A stretch of DNA of 64,000 bases from Eledone cirrhosa. Its lineage: Eukaryota. Shown here piece by piece: positions 1 to 12,586 of the stretch. A program made the position numbers and the translations under genes. Below the pieces are notes generated by a model. The model worked only from the letters and a program-made list of their open reading frames with translations. It did not search any database and was not told where the DNA came from. Location: NCBI GenBank assembly GCA_964016885.1, contig OZ024742.1, forward strand, positions 262,570,001 to 262,634,000, read 5' to 3'. Each line of letters starts with the position of its first letter. Position 1 is the stretch's first letter.

Positions 1-360
1 TATGATATTTTGTTGCTTTCGTGTTTCGTTGCTGTCTGCCATTAATTTTATATGCTTAGCAGCATCAGTTACAGCAGTTCCCTTAGTCTGTCCAACTTGG
101 GTATCAAGCATGAGATTGGTAGCATATTTTTTGCTCTCCTTCAAGATAGAATGAAGCTTCTTACTTCTCTCATATTTTTCAACAAGTTTCAGCATACAGT
201 CATTTGTTATTTTAAGGTATTGGGGCAGTCCAATAGTGGTGGTCTTGTAGGTAAGTTCAAATTGGATCAAGCCATGGCCTCCTTGGGTTCTAGGAAAGCA
301 AAGACGATCCACATCTGCTTTAGGGTGGTGCATCCTACTACAAGTCAGTAACTTACGGAT
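1..360 (-). pseudogene. Fragment of an R4/Dong-like non-LTR retrotransposon (post-RT region)
   Basis: Minus-strand translation reads RKLLTCSRMHHPKADVDRLCFPRTQGGHGLIQFELTYKTT, closely matching the R4-like copy at about 34940-35280. Confidence 0.85.
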
Positions 361-419
361 TGTTCTTTTTCCCCTGTTATATAACCTTTTGCATTGAAAA
401 TTTGTTATTGTTTTGAATT

Positions 420-3400
420 TAAGAGAGCCAGTATCTTAGTGAGCTGGTTTGTTTAGCTCTACTTGAAGCCCTTAGGGACTAAATCTGTATTTGTTTTTCG
501 AACACGCTCCTCAATTTATTGCGAAAATTAAGATGGCGGACAAAGATGTTGCTTCTGCTAAACGGAATGGTGGACTGTCCATAGATTGGAACAGCCAAAA
601 TTCTAAAAACAATAACAGCAGCAGCAGCAACCCAAACTTATATCGTGGAAACAAAGCGGCTTTACGGCTCTGCCAATGTTTACCACGGTGAATGTCACCG
701 CCTCCATCCTCAACGACGGTAGGCGCGGTCAACACCACTGGCAACACCACCACAACCACTGAAACAACGGAAACGAAAAACAAAATTAAAACGAACTCAC
801 ACGACAGAGACAACACAAATGATAACATGAACAAGACCAACAACAACAAAAGCAAAAACAAGGCAAACAAAAGTGAGAACAACAACGACGACAGCACTAC
901 TAGCAACAACAACGCGAAAAAAAGATAACACTAACAACAGCAACAACGACGTGAATAACAGCAACACATTCGCTGCTGCGGCAGCAAAAAAGAGATAATT
1001 TGTCAATATGGACTTAAACTTATAAAACAGAAGGTTTGACCTAGGCATGGAAGTTGGTAAAAAGAGAAAAGACCTGGGCCAACCTACCCGTCCCGGCAGA
1101 GGTGATGGCAGTAACTGATGCATTTCAGTGCAAAGCCGCAATGCGGAATTGGCTCCAGAGTCTGAAGTGGAGGCTGCAATGAAATGCATCAGAGGGAATA
1201 TCGAGTATATAGCAAGACCTTTCGGCCCCATCTTGGTATTATTTAAAACCGACTATTATAAAGCACTTGGTGGGTGGTCCCATATAAAACAGACCGCATG
1301 GTAATGTACCCAACCTACATTGGAAAAAGAACAGTGAAAGTCCGTATTCCCAGGATCCCACCAGGACTGGACTTATGGTGGCCCCTGAGATGCGTTATCG
1401 AGGAAGGTATCGACCGTACACTCAAAGACGTTATCAAAACAGCGTGAGAGGACTGGTCAGGGGTGGATTTGGAGATTCTTCTGCAAATCAAGTCGGAACA
1501 GCTGAAGAACATCCCGCACCATGGGTGCCTTCGGTAAGAGTCAACCATACAAGTAGTTACTGATAGCAGAATAGCACACTGCTTAGTCTGCGGTGAAGCA
1601 ACGCATCTGCAAGCCTTCTGCCCTCAGCGCAAAAGTGCAGGGTACTGCAAGCCTCCGTTGCTGCAAACACCAATGCTGAGACGTAAAACCTCCCAACCAA
1701 CGCCAGCATCGACAACATCAGCCGCGACAACACCAAAAAGGACCACCAAAACCACCCAGGGAGTCATCCGAACAAGCTCTCCCTCTCACCCTCATTCAAA
1801 CAGGCACACAGACCAACGCTCACACACCCGTAAAAATACTCACAAACCCGTAAAAACACTCCCACTCCCCTCTGACACAGAGCCCCCAGACACTAGTTCC
1901 TCCTCATCCCCAAGTGAAGATGAGGGGGGATCCCCAAAACCCCCAAAAAACAAAAAACAAAAAACAAAAACACAAAACCAACAACACACAAAACATACAC
2001 ACCAACAAGCACACATACTCACTGCAAACACATATATACTTAAAACAACCCCAACACCACAACCATCAACAAAAACACAACCACCACCAACAACACCAAC
2101 ACAACCATCAGAAAATAAACGAAAACACACAACCACAGACAAAAAGAGAAACACGCAACTTCGTGTTGCTGAGAAAGAGCAACAAAAAACTAATATCTTA
2201 TGCATCACGAAACCAAGACATTGGAAATGAAGGGGAGATTTTCGGCACCTGCACATTCAAAATGCCCTCAAACACCTTTGATGGTGCAGATGCCACTAGA
2301 AGCATACAAAAACATTAGGGGGAGCTTCACCGACGACATAGGCTTTTAAAAGGGTTTCCAAGGGATCCCCACCAACCAGAAATTGAGGCCGAACCACCTG
2401 ACGTCCACAAGCCTGTGGAAGGTAAGTGAACCTTGTCTCTCCTATCTAACCAGTCAATAGGGTCATCTTAAGAGTGGAATGTTTGAAGGTTCATGGCCTC
2501 AAGGTTCATGGCCTGGAAGTAGGGTCGCTTGCTGAACGACCTCAGTTCACTAGATATGGATGTGAATGCCGTCAGTGAGATCAGGATTTGCGACACGTGC
2601 ACACTAGCCCCCATTTCCAACGATTATCAGATCTTCACATCTCTTAGTCGGCCAGGAATGACAGGTGGGTGGCAGTACTGTTTAGGAAAGGCCTGGATCT
2701 CGAGATATGGTCGATCTTCCTGGACTCAGACGGTAAGTTAGTGGTCTTGGACGTCAGCAATAGTGAAGGTGGTATCTTTAGACTGGTGGCCGTTAGCGTC
2801 CCGACTGGATTTCTTTAGTCGTCTGGAAGCCTTTCTGGGAACGTCTCACCCTTTACTGTTAGCGGGAGACTGGAACGACATCTTAGACGCACGCTGAGAT
2901 TGTGTGGGAGTAGCTGATAGGAGCAGGGTGTAAAAGCCTCAAGTACCTGATTAGCCAGTTCCAACTGCCTGACTGGTACCGACTAAATTTCCCTAATGCG
3001 CCAGTGTTGATATGGATCAACCGCATAGGGTCATGTAGATCGTATATAGATAGGTTTTATTTATTAGGAGAGTAGATAAGGATAGCATAGGTTGTCCACA
3101 TTTCCAAACAGCCGCCTATGCAGATCACATGGTTGATCTAGATAGAACTCAAAGGTTAGGACCAGGTTCCCGGCACGTAAAGTTTACAGAGACCGGATCA
3201 CCACTTTAGACAAATATAAGTTGACATAAGGGGGTCGTGAAAAACAGGTGATGGTGGTGGGGGGCTCTCAAGAGAGAGATTAGAGTAATCTCAATAGGCT
3301 TTAGTAAAGAAATAGCGCTAGAAAAAAATAGAAAGGAGGGGGAGCTGGTAGCTATTTGTAGTGGCATTACGACCGACGTGCGAGCGGAGAGAATGGCATT

Positions 3401-4056
3401 AAACCATTTCTTCAATGCGAAATATGAAGGTTCCATTGTAAGAGCTAAAGTGTGTGCTCTAAAAAACGAGGGAACGAAAGCTGTTCGATGGACCTGAGTG
3501 GCGAAGGCGCAGCGTGGTAAGAATCCACGATTCCGTCTTTGACAGACCGAAACAAACGCATGCTGAACGATTCCAGTCAGATGTGTGCAGGCTTTGCTAT
3601 TCGAGGAGGGTGGGATGTCGGACTTCCGTTCCTACCGCGACGGTCTCCCACGACTCTTCCCAGCCAACGCCGAGTGCTGCGAATGGACAATAACATCATC
3701 CGAGTTTCTGGTTACCTGAGGCGCAGGTCACTCGGTTTAGATGGTCTGTCCTACGAGTTTTACGTAGAAATGACAGACTTGCTCTCCGATCTCCTCAAAG
3801 TGGTCAACTGTAACTGGAAACAGAGCGGTTGTATTCCCAGTTCTGTGAATCGGGGCGTAGTAACACTGATGAGGAAAGACGAGTACAAGATAATTTCTGT
3901 ATTCCAGGTGTTAATGAAGAGGTTGGCGCTTTTTGTCAAAGGCCTGGTACGGGAGGCGCTAACTTACGCAATCTCGATCAAGTCCATACACGACAACCTC
4001 CACCTCATGCAATACATCATAGAGAGGGTGGGGTGTAGAAATGGCTTCGGTGAGGC
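420..4056 (+). mobile_element. Degenerate Tx1/L1-clade LINE (ORF1 remnant about 533-2429, APE/RT ORF2 remnant about 2457-4056), cut off by a minisatellite
   Basis: Colinear with the intact element at 36262-42037: CLVCGEATHLQAFC zinc knuckle near 1580, GLDGLSYEFY and SIHDNLHLMQYIIERVG; many stops and frameshifts. Confidence 0.9.
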
Positions 4057-6166
4057 ACACCACCAACTCACACAACACACCACCAACTCACACAACACAC
4101 CACCAAGTCACACAACACACCACCATCTCACACAACACACCACCATCTCACACAACACACCACCAAGTCACACAACACACCACCAACTCACACAACACAC
4201 CACCATCTCACACAACACACCACCAAGTCACACAACACACCACCAACAGACACAACACACCACCACCTCACACAATACACCACCATCTCACACAACACAC
4301 CACCAACTCACACAACACAAAACCATCTCACACAACACACCACCATCTCACACGACACACCACCATCTCTCACAACACACTACCATCTCTCACAACACAT
4401 CACCAAATCACACAACACACCACCAACGGACACAACACACCACCATCTCACACAACACAACAGCAACTCACAAAACACACCACCAACAGACAACACACCG
4501 CCTTCTCACACAACACACCACCAACAGACAACACAGCACCATTCCACACAACACACCACCATCTCACACAACACACCACCATCTCATACAACACATCACC
4601 ATCTCACACAACACACCACCAACAAACACAACACACCACCAACATCCCACACAACACACCACCATGTCACACAACACACGACCATCTCATACAACACACC
4701 ACCAACAAACACAACACGCCACCAACATCTCACACAACACACCAACATGTCACACAACACACCATCATCTCACACAACACACCACCATCTCACACAACAC
4801 ACCACCATCTCAAACAACACACCACCAACAGACACAACACACCACCATCTCACCCAACACACCACCAACAGACACAACACACCACCATCTCACACAACAC
4901 ACCACCAACAAACACAACACACCACCAACATCTCACACAACACACCACCATGTCACAGAATACACCACCATCTCACACAACACACCACCATCTCACTCAA
5001 CACACTACCATCTCACACAACACACCACCTTCTCACACAACACACTACCATCTCACACAACACACCACCATCTCACACAACACACCACCTTCTCACACAA
5101 CACACTACCATCTCACACAACACACCACCATCTCACACAACACACTACCATCTCACACAACACACCACCATCTCACACAACACACCACCATCTCACACAA
5201 CACACCACCATCTCACACAACACACCATCTTCTCACACAACACACCACCATCTCACACAACACACCACCATCTCACACAACACACCACCTTCTCACTCAA
5301 CACACCACCATCTCACACAACACACTACCATCTCACACAACACACCACCATCTCACACAACACACCACCTTCTCACTCAACACACCACCATCTCACACAA
5401 CACACCACCTTCTCACTCAACACACCACCATCTCACACAACACACTACCATCTCACACAACACACCACCATCTCACACAACACACCACCATCTCACACAA
5501 CACACCACCATCTCACACAACACACACCATCTCACACAACACACCACCATCTCACACAACACACCACCATCTCCCACAACACACCACCATCTCACACAAC
5601 ACACCACCATCTCACACAACACACCACCATCTCACACAACACACACCATCTCACACAACACACCACCATCTCACACAACACACCACCATCTCACACAACA
5701 CACCACCATCTCACACAACACACCACCATCTCACACAACACACCACCATCTCACACAACACACCACCATCTCACACAACACACACCATCTCACACAACAC
5801 ACCACCATCTCACACAACACACCACCATCTCACACAACACACCACCATCTCACACAACACACCACCATCTCACACAACACACCACCATCTCACACAACAC
5901 ACCACCATCTCACACAACACACCACCATCTCACACAACACACCACCATCTCACACAACACACCACCATCTCACACAACACACACCATCTCACACAACACA
6001 CCACCATCTCACACAACACACCACCATCTCACACAACACACCACCATCTCACACAACACACACCATCTCACTCAACACACCACCATCTCACACAACACAC
6101 CACCATCTCACACAACACACACCATCTCACTCAACACACCACCATCTCACTCAACACACCACCATT
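4057..6166. repeat. 20-bp minisatellite (CACACCACCATCTCACACAA)n, about 105 units
   Basis: Visible periodicity; nearly G-free strand; occasional 18-bp units; explains the long His/Thr-rich ORFs in all three frames. Confidence 0.97.
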
Positions 6167-6172
6167 ATATTA

Positions 6173-6362
6173 AGGGTGGTGGATTGGCAGTATCGGTAGC
6201 GTCGGACACCATGCGTTGCAGTATAGTGTGATGGACCTTTACGGTCTGAGTTCAAATCCAGCCGTGGTTAACTTTGCCTTTCATCCTTACGGGGTCGATA
6301 AAATAAAGTACCAGTAATACACTGGAATAATGGCTGGCCTTGTGCCAAAAGTAGAAACAATT
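6173..6362 (+). mobile_element. tRNA-derived SINE
   Basis: A-box-like TGGCAGTATCGG, B-box GAGTTCAAATCC, body ctttgcctttcatccttacggggtcgataaaataaagtaccag repeated at 24.6k, 48.2k and 54.6-55.1k. Confidence 0.9.
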
Positions 6363-6399
6363 ATAATGATTATTATTGTTATTTTTATTATTATCATTG

Positions 6400-6456
<57 letters not shown>

Positions 6457-6528
6457 TTTCTGCTGCTGCTGCTGCTGCTACTACTACTACTACTGATGAT
6501 GATGGTGATGATGATGATGATGATGATG

Positions 6529-6602
<74 letters not shown>
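6363..6602. repeat. Compound trinucleotide microsatellite (ATT/CTA/CTG/GAT)
   Basis: Seen directly. Confidence 0.95.
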
Positions 6603-6603
6603 G

Positions 6604-6790
6604 TTAGGTCGCTGGATTAGTAGATTGGTAGAGCGATGGACAAAATGCTTTGAAGCATTGAGTTACAACTTTCTACGTTCTGAGTTTCAATCCAACCGAA
6701 GTTAACTTGGCTTTTCATCCTTCCGGGGTTGATATAATCGACTTTCTCCTTCCCCCAAACTGCTGGTTTTTAACCAATGTTAGAAAAAAT
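6604..6790 (+). mobile_element. Older diverged SINE of the same family
   Basis: ctgagtttcaatcc B-box remnant and aacttggcttttcatccttccggggttgata core. Confidence 0.7.
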
Positions 6791-7197
6791 TGTTTATCTG
6801 ATCACCATCATCACCATCAGCATCATCTTCATCCTCACCCTCACACCCATCATCATCACCCAACCCCACAATTACATCTGTGTACCTCACTTCTAAGATG
6901 CTAAGATGGCGGAAACGTTAAGACTGATAAAATATGAATGTCAACTTTAATTTTTCTTCCTACTTAAACCTGTTTGTCATTCTTTCTATTTTTCTGTTTG
7001 CCCGTCTGTCTCTCAGTTTGTCAGTTTGACTGTGTGTCTTTCTTGTCGCCATATGTGTATGTGTGCGTATGTGTATGTGAGCGTGTGTGTCTATGCGTGT
7101 AGTCCAAGACTTAAAAAAAATAGTAGATAAATACGGAGAACAATTACACAAGGTATTATTAATGTAACGTTCTACGTTTGTGGGAAAATGAAGAATA

Positions 7198-7233
7198 TCT
7201 CAAGCTATCGGACATTAGTTCTTCATCAGGAAA
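7198..7233 (-). ncRNA. Degenerate minimal type I hammerhead-like motif
   Basis: Minus strand tttc CTGATGA agaac-taat-gtcc GATA gc tt gaga; GAAA changed to GATA and stem II mismatched. Confidence 0.35.
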
Positions 7234-7601
7234 GACTGGTGTTAAGAGATGGAGGAGGCTACAAGAGAAAAAAAAAAGAGTAAAAAAGGAAAAAGGGAGT
7301 TTATCAAGAGGGATAAATTGGATAGGCATATGGGGTGTGTGTAGTTCCGCTCTAGTGGTGGTAGAGCGTCCAGGTCTATCTGTGAGGGGGCCCATCTGTT
7401 CCAGGTGTGTCTATCTAGTCTTGTGTATATGAGCATGCGTCAGACATGTGCTTGTGTGTTGTTTAGTCCAGAATTAGCCGTCGAAACGGCTTGAGCTCAG
7501 CCGTCGGGGTCCTACTCGTTCCTATTACCCACTCTACTACCCTAAGTATTGAGTACTTTGGTGCGTTATGGTCCACTTGGTTCCTTACCACATTTCCTTC
7601 G

Positions 7602-7642
<41 letters not shown>

Positions 7643-7646
<4 letters not shown>

Positions 7647-8130
7647 AATAATGGAGCTGCGCGTTGCAAATGGGATACATATGAAAAAGTAAGTCCTTCA
7701 TCAGTGACCCTCCAACCGTCCCAGGCATTTCATCGCTTTAAGGGCCATATACCTCAGGTTGGTGCGAACAACGGTTAAAAAAAGTCGTTGGGACACGTAA
7801 ATAAAGGGGACGTTAGGGTGAACAAAAATGCCTGGGACGGTTGGAGGGTCACTGATGAAGGACTTACTTTTTCATATGTATCCCATTTGCAACGCGCAGC
7901 TCCATTATTATCATATTTACACATATTTTTTCCTCTGCTGCCACCCGTCTGTTTCGTTCTTTGTATCTTTACCCTTTCTAGCAGTCTCTCTCTCTGTTAG
8001 CCTCCTCCTCAACTTTCACTCACTCATTCTCTGTCACTACCTCTCCTCCTCCTCCTCTTTCCTCCTCTTTCTTCCCGCTTGACCTGTCCGATTTCTTTTC
8101 TCGCGCGTTCTTGGCCAAGCCGGTATGAAA

Positions 8131-8201
<71 letters not shown>

Positions 8202-8550
8202 GCGACTTCACAGAACTTATGTTTACCGAATTCGCAGACCAGACCCCTTCTTTTTCCCCCCGTTAGACCTGTGCGAAATTCCTTCCTTGCTCACATTTCA
8301 ACCAGGTTTGATGGTCTTTTGTCTCTTGTTCACGATTTCACCGAGTTTATATTCATAGAAATCTGGGACTTGTCTCCTTCTTCTCACTTTCTGTTGCTTA
8401 AACCATTTTGTTTGTTCACCCTAACGTCCCCTTTATTTACGTGTCCCAACGACTTTTTTTAGCCGTTGTTCGCACCAACCTGAGGTATATGGCCCTTAAA
8501 GCGATGAAATGCCTGGGACGGTTGGAGGGTCACTGATGAAGGACTTACTT

Positions 8551-8557
<7 letters not shown>
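7643..8557 (+). mobile_element. (TA)n-flanked non-coding cassette: inverted segment 7643-7826, then a unit with terminal direct repeat (7826-7878 = 8507-8557)
   Basis: Inverted and direct repeats read directly; internal (CT)n; same architecture as 60945-62042. Confidence 0.75.
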
Positions 8558-8589
<32 letters not shown>

Positions 8590-8594
<5 letters not shown>

Positions 8595-8929
8595 ATAATA
8601 ATAATTTTGAAGACTAAAATCCAAAGAACGTCTCTATGAACCACCTATTAGAATATTAGTCTACGACTTCTTTTAAAACTATAAACGTGATTTTGTCTTT
8701 GCGTATAATTGTTTTTCACCGCTCCAAATAATGACGTATTATATTCGTTTTTTTCCCCGTTCTTTGCCAGGGAACGTTTCCACGAACCAGAGTATAGTCT
8801 TCCTGTCTTCCTCCGGTTGCAACGTTTTTTGAAATATTCACTTCTGCGTTCACAGATTGACTTTGTTAGTTTCAAGAGATCCCGTTAAGGGTGAAAGCAG
8901 CGATTCTTTTCTTAAACTTTAATCTGTTA

Positions 8930-8935
<6 letters not shown>
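8590..8935 (+). mobile_element. Short PLE-derived cassette, internally deleted relative of 47130-48645
   Basis: 8590-8627 matches 47186-47223 and about 8648-8935 matches 48362-48645; flanked by (TA)n. Confidence 0.75.
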
Positions 8936-9008
<73 letters not shown>

Positions 9009-9524
9009 TAACTGGTATGCAACAGTTATCACCTCATCAGAAAAAAACATGAAGAAATAAGTATTACTCCTCCTGTTTCAATTCATTAATATGTCCAGGG
9101 CAGACAGGGTGAAAAAAGCTGAAAAGCATTAGAAATGCTTTTCAGCTTTTCAAAAATGATTTTGAGATACAGCGCCCGTGATGTTTGCTCTAATCTGATT
9201 AGTTTTGGAAATTCTACCTGTTTTATGTGAAAAAAGTGGCTCCAGATGTATTAAAATAAGTTTCGCGCCAATTCGTGTTGCAAAAATTCTTGTGGTCAAA
9301 ACAATTTTGATTGGTCGGTAGAGGTCACGTGAATGTTAAAAATTGATTTTGCGCCAAATGTAGGTTTGTGTCGGCTGATTGAGAAGTCACTGAAAAATAA
9401 GTCTTTCAAAACAAATATGTGTGTGTGTGTGTAGTAGTAGTAAAGAGGTTCGTTGTTGTGATAATGGTCAGCAGGGATGTGTGTGCGAACCGCAGCCTGT
9501 TGACAGTTCAAATGCCTATTAAGA

Positions 9525-9621
<97 letters not shown>

Positions 9622-10262
9622 CAGAGTAATTCGTGGTAGAGGGATGGTCAGAAGGAATGTGTCTGTACGTGTGTGGGGGATATTTTAACATGTTAAAAGA
9701 TATTTTTCTTCTCTTGTCTCTTTGTATGTTAATGTACGCATGTGTATGTGTGTGTGTATATATGTGGATATGTGTGTATATATGTGTGTGTGTGTGTGTG
9801 TGAGAGAATGTGTGTGGGTGTGGGTGGACCAGTATTTTTGTGATACTGGTAAAAATGGTGTACATTATTCGATATTTTCAGTAAAAACGATTCTCTGAAT
9901 AGAACATCAAAAACCTTAATAATAAAAGGTGTGAAATGATATATAGTATTGGCATAATACCAAGGTGTGTGTGAGTGTCCAGATTGTACGTACTGCATGG
10001 GGAATCCATTAGGCCTTGCCGTATTGGAATACTTGTGTACAGATATGTATGTGCCCATAAGTGTGCAATGCATGTGTGCGTTTATGTATGTGTGTGTGTC
10101 GGCACGTTTATATCTATAGACATCGAAAGGTATGCAAATTTGTGTATATTTGTGTTGCACCATAGAACATGTGTGTTTACGTATGTCATTGTGTTTATAT
10201 GTGGATAGAGATGTATGCTGATGTAGGTATGTATGTTGACGTGTGTATGTTGTGGGTTCGTA

Positions 10263-12586
10263 TTAGGGAGAAGTGTTTAGACGGGGTCCGTATTTGTTAA
10301 TAAAGTGAGATTCCTTGCTGATGCGCTGAGTGTGGGTGGCATTATCTTTAAATTTGTAGAGGGGAAAGATTCTGAAGTTGGAATGATTTTGGGCGGAACA
10401 GGTATCAATGTGTTCACTCAGTGGTATTTTCCTGTATTCCCGTATTTTAATTTGGGATCTATGGACAGTCATGCGTTGGCGGAGGCTGTTTTTTGGTCTG
10501 GCCTATGTATCGTTCTCGACAACCTGAGTAAGTTAATACATATATTAGATTTTCTGATGCGCATGTGAAATTGTGTTTTACTATAAAACGTTGTCTTCTT
10601 TCAAATAGAATTCCGAACCCTCTATTAGGTTGATGCATATGTCACAGTTGGGTCTATCGCATTTTTTGACTGTGGGTTTCGTTGTTGTGGTTGGCAGTAA
10701 TTTGGCATGTGTTACGATGTTTTTCATTGACTTAGATTGTCTTTTGCTCTTTATGATATCGTGTGTTCGTAGGATTTGGTTCATTCTATGGTCCTTTTTC
10801 AACACAGGGATGATCTGGAGGATGGTGTCATAGGCCTCATTGTTGAGGGGGTTGTGTGTGAAGATGTATGGAAGAGCTTTTAGTTTCGGTTGATTTACTT
10901 TAGGGTGTCTAAGGTCCTGGGTACTGAGTTTTAGAGCACGTTGGATTCCATTGTCAATTAGTGATGCAGGGTAGTCCCTGCCTATGAGTGTGTCCTTTAG
11001 TTCTTGTAGCCGTAAGTAGCAGGTGTTTTTATTGGAGACTATAGTACAGATTCTCTTGGCTAAGTTGTAGGGAATATTAATTTTAACGTGTCTAGGGTGG
11101 CAAGAGTTGAAAGGAAGATATTGCTTGGAGTCTGTGGGCTTGTAGTATATGTCTGTTTCTATTTTTTTGTTATGGATTTTAATGAGGATGTCGAGGAAGG
11201 GGAGTTGTTGATGGCTGTATTCCACCGTGAAGTTAATATTCGTGTTTAGCCCATTTATAAGGGTGTGAAATTCTTTAAGTTTCTCGATGTTTTCGTGCCA
11301 AAGGATGAAGCAGTCATCTAGATATCGCTTCCAGTTCCTTTCTATGTGTAAGTGGAGAGTGTTTCTAAATTTGTTTAGGACTTTAGTGTAGAGGGTAATT
11401 TCCAGGTATCCCATGACTAGGTTGGCATAAGTGGGGCTGTTTTCGTTCCCATAGCGGTCCCAGATTTCTGCATGTAGGGTTTGTTATTGAAAACGAAGTA
11501 ATTGTTCTCCAAGATAAATTTGAGTCCCTCTATCACGAATTCTTTTTTGATGCGTTGTGGGAGTTCATTGTGGTAATTATCCAGCCAGAATTGGATAGCT
11601 TCTATTCCTAGGTTGTGGGGGATGTTTGAGTATAGGTTGACTACGTCGAACGTCACTAGTAGGGTTTGTTCAGAAAGGGGCATATTAGGGAGGTGATTGA
11701 GCATATCTAGGTCGTCCCTTATATAGCTTTTGATGAGTTTGAGGAAAGGATTGAGAAGGGTATCAATGAAGTTGCTAAGGCGGTGGGTTTCGCAAGCGGG
11801 GCCTGCCATTATAGGTCTTAATTTGAGATCATTGGGTGAGGGGACATTGATGACTATGTCTGTGGCTTCCTTGCATGCCTTACTTATTAATTTGCTTTTA
11901 TGTACTTTAGGGATACCGTAGAAAAGGTTGGATTTACTTGTGAAGTCTGTGATGAAGCTGAATTCCTTGTTAGTGAGTCCTTCTTTGTATTGGTTGATCA
12001 CAGTTTTTAGGTTTCTCATAATTTTCTGTTGATTGTAGTGTTCAGCCTTTTCGTAGTATGTTTCGTTTTCCAAAGTGGAGAGCGCTAAGTTGATATATAA
12101 TTCTGTCTCCATTAGGACTACTGTACTCCCTTTATCAGCCTCTTTAATTGTAATGGTTCTGTCGGTTTTTAATCTATTTAATTCTTCCCATTGTTTCTTG
12201 TTGAGGTTTGGCTTGTGTTTTTGTCTGTGCAAGTGTTGGTAAGGGAAGTTTGTGATGTGTTCACAGAATTCGTCCAGGATTTTATTTCTACCTTTTGATG
12301 GGGTGTAATTGCTTCTATTTCTGGCTAATGATTCATCCTCATTGTACTGGTCGAATAGTTCTTCACTGAGTCGTAACTTTCTACAGAAGTCTGTGATGTC
12401 TTCCTTCATTTCATAGTAGTTAGGACGTAGTGGGGTCGGTGTGAATTTAAGACCTTTGGAGATTAAGTTGATAAGGTTGGGTATTGGTTCTGCACTAGTT
12501 AGATTGATAATTTTTATTACTCTCGGTTTCTCCTCCCTGTCTTGTGTTATTTTGTTTGCCTGTATCTGTGTGCTGTGTCTAAAAAA
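10263..12586 (-). pseudogene. PLE reverse transcriptase-GIY-YIG endonuclease ORF (frameshifted)
   Basis: IINL...KGLKFTPT, EADKGS, FDVVNLYSNIP, GTAMGT, RYLDD, DIYYKPTD, CDRPNCDIC linker, NLIYV...RYIGQT, RMTVH. Confidence 0.93.

Noticed and set aside
4057-6166. Telomeric repeat
   Set aside because: C/A-rich but not a CCCTAA-type unit, and internal
3539-6231. 886-, 710- and 494-aa His/Thr-rich ORFs
   Set aside because: Products of a stop-free 20-bp minisatellite, open in all frames
6173-6265. tRNA gene
   Set aside because: A and B boxes belong to a SINE head; no cloverleaf, and it continues into the SINE body
8415-8532. Twister- or HDV-like ribozyme (ccctaac, gtcccaa, tgggac, gaggg)
   Set aside because: Could not assemble the required pseudoknot pairings by eye
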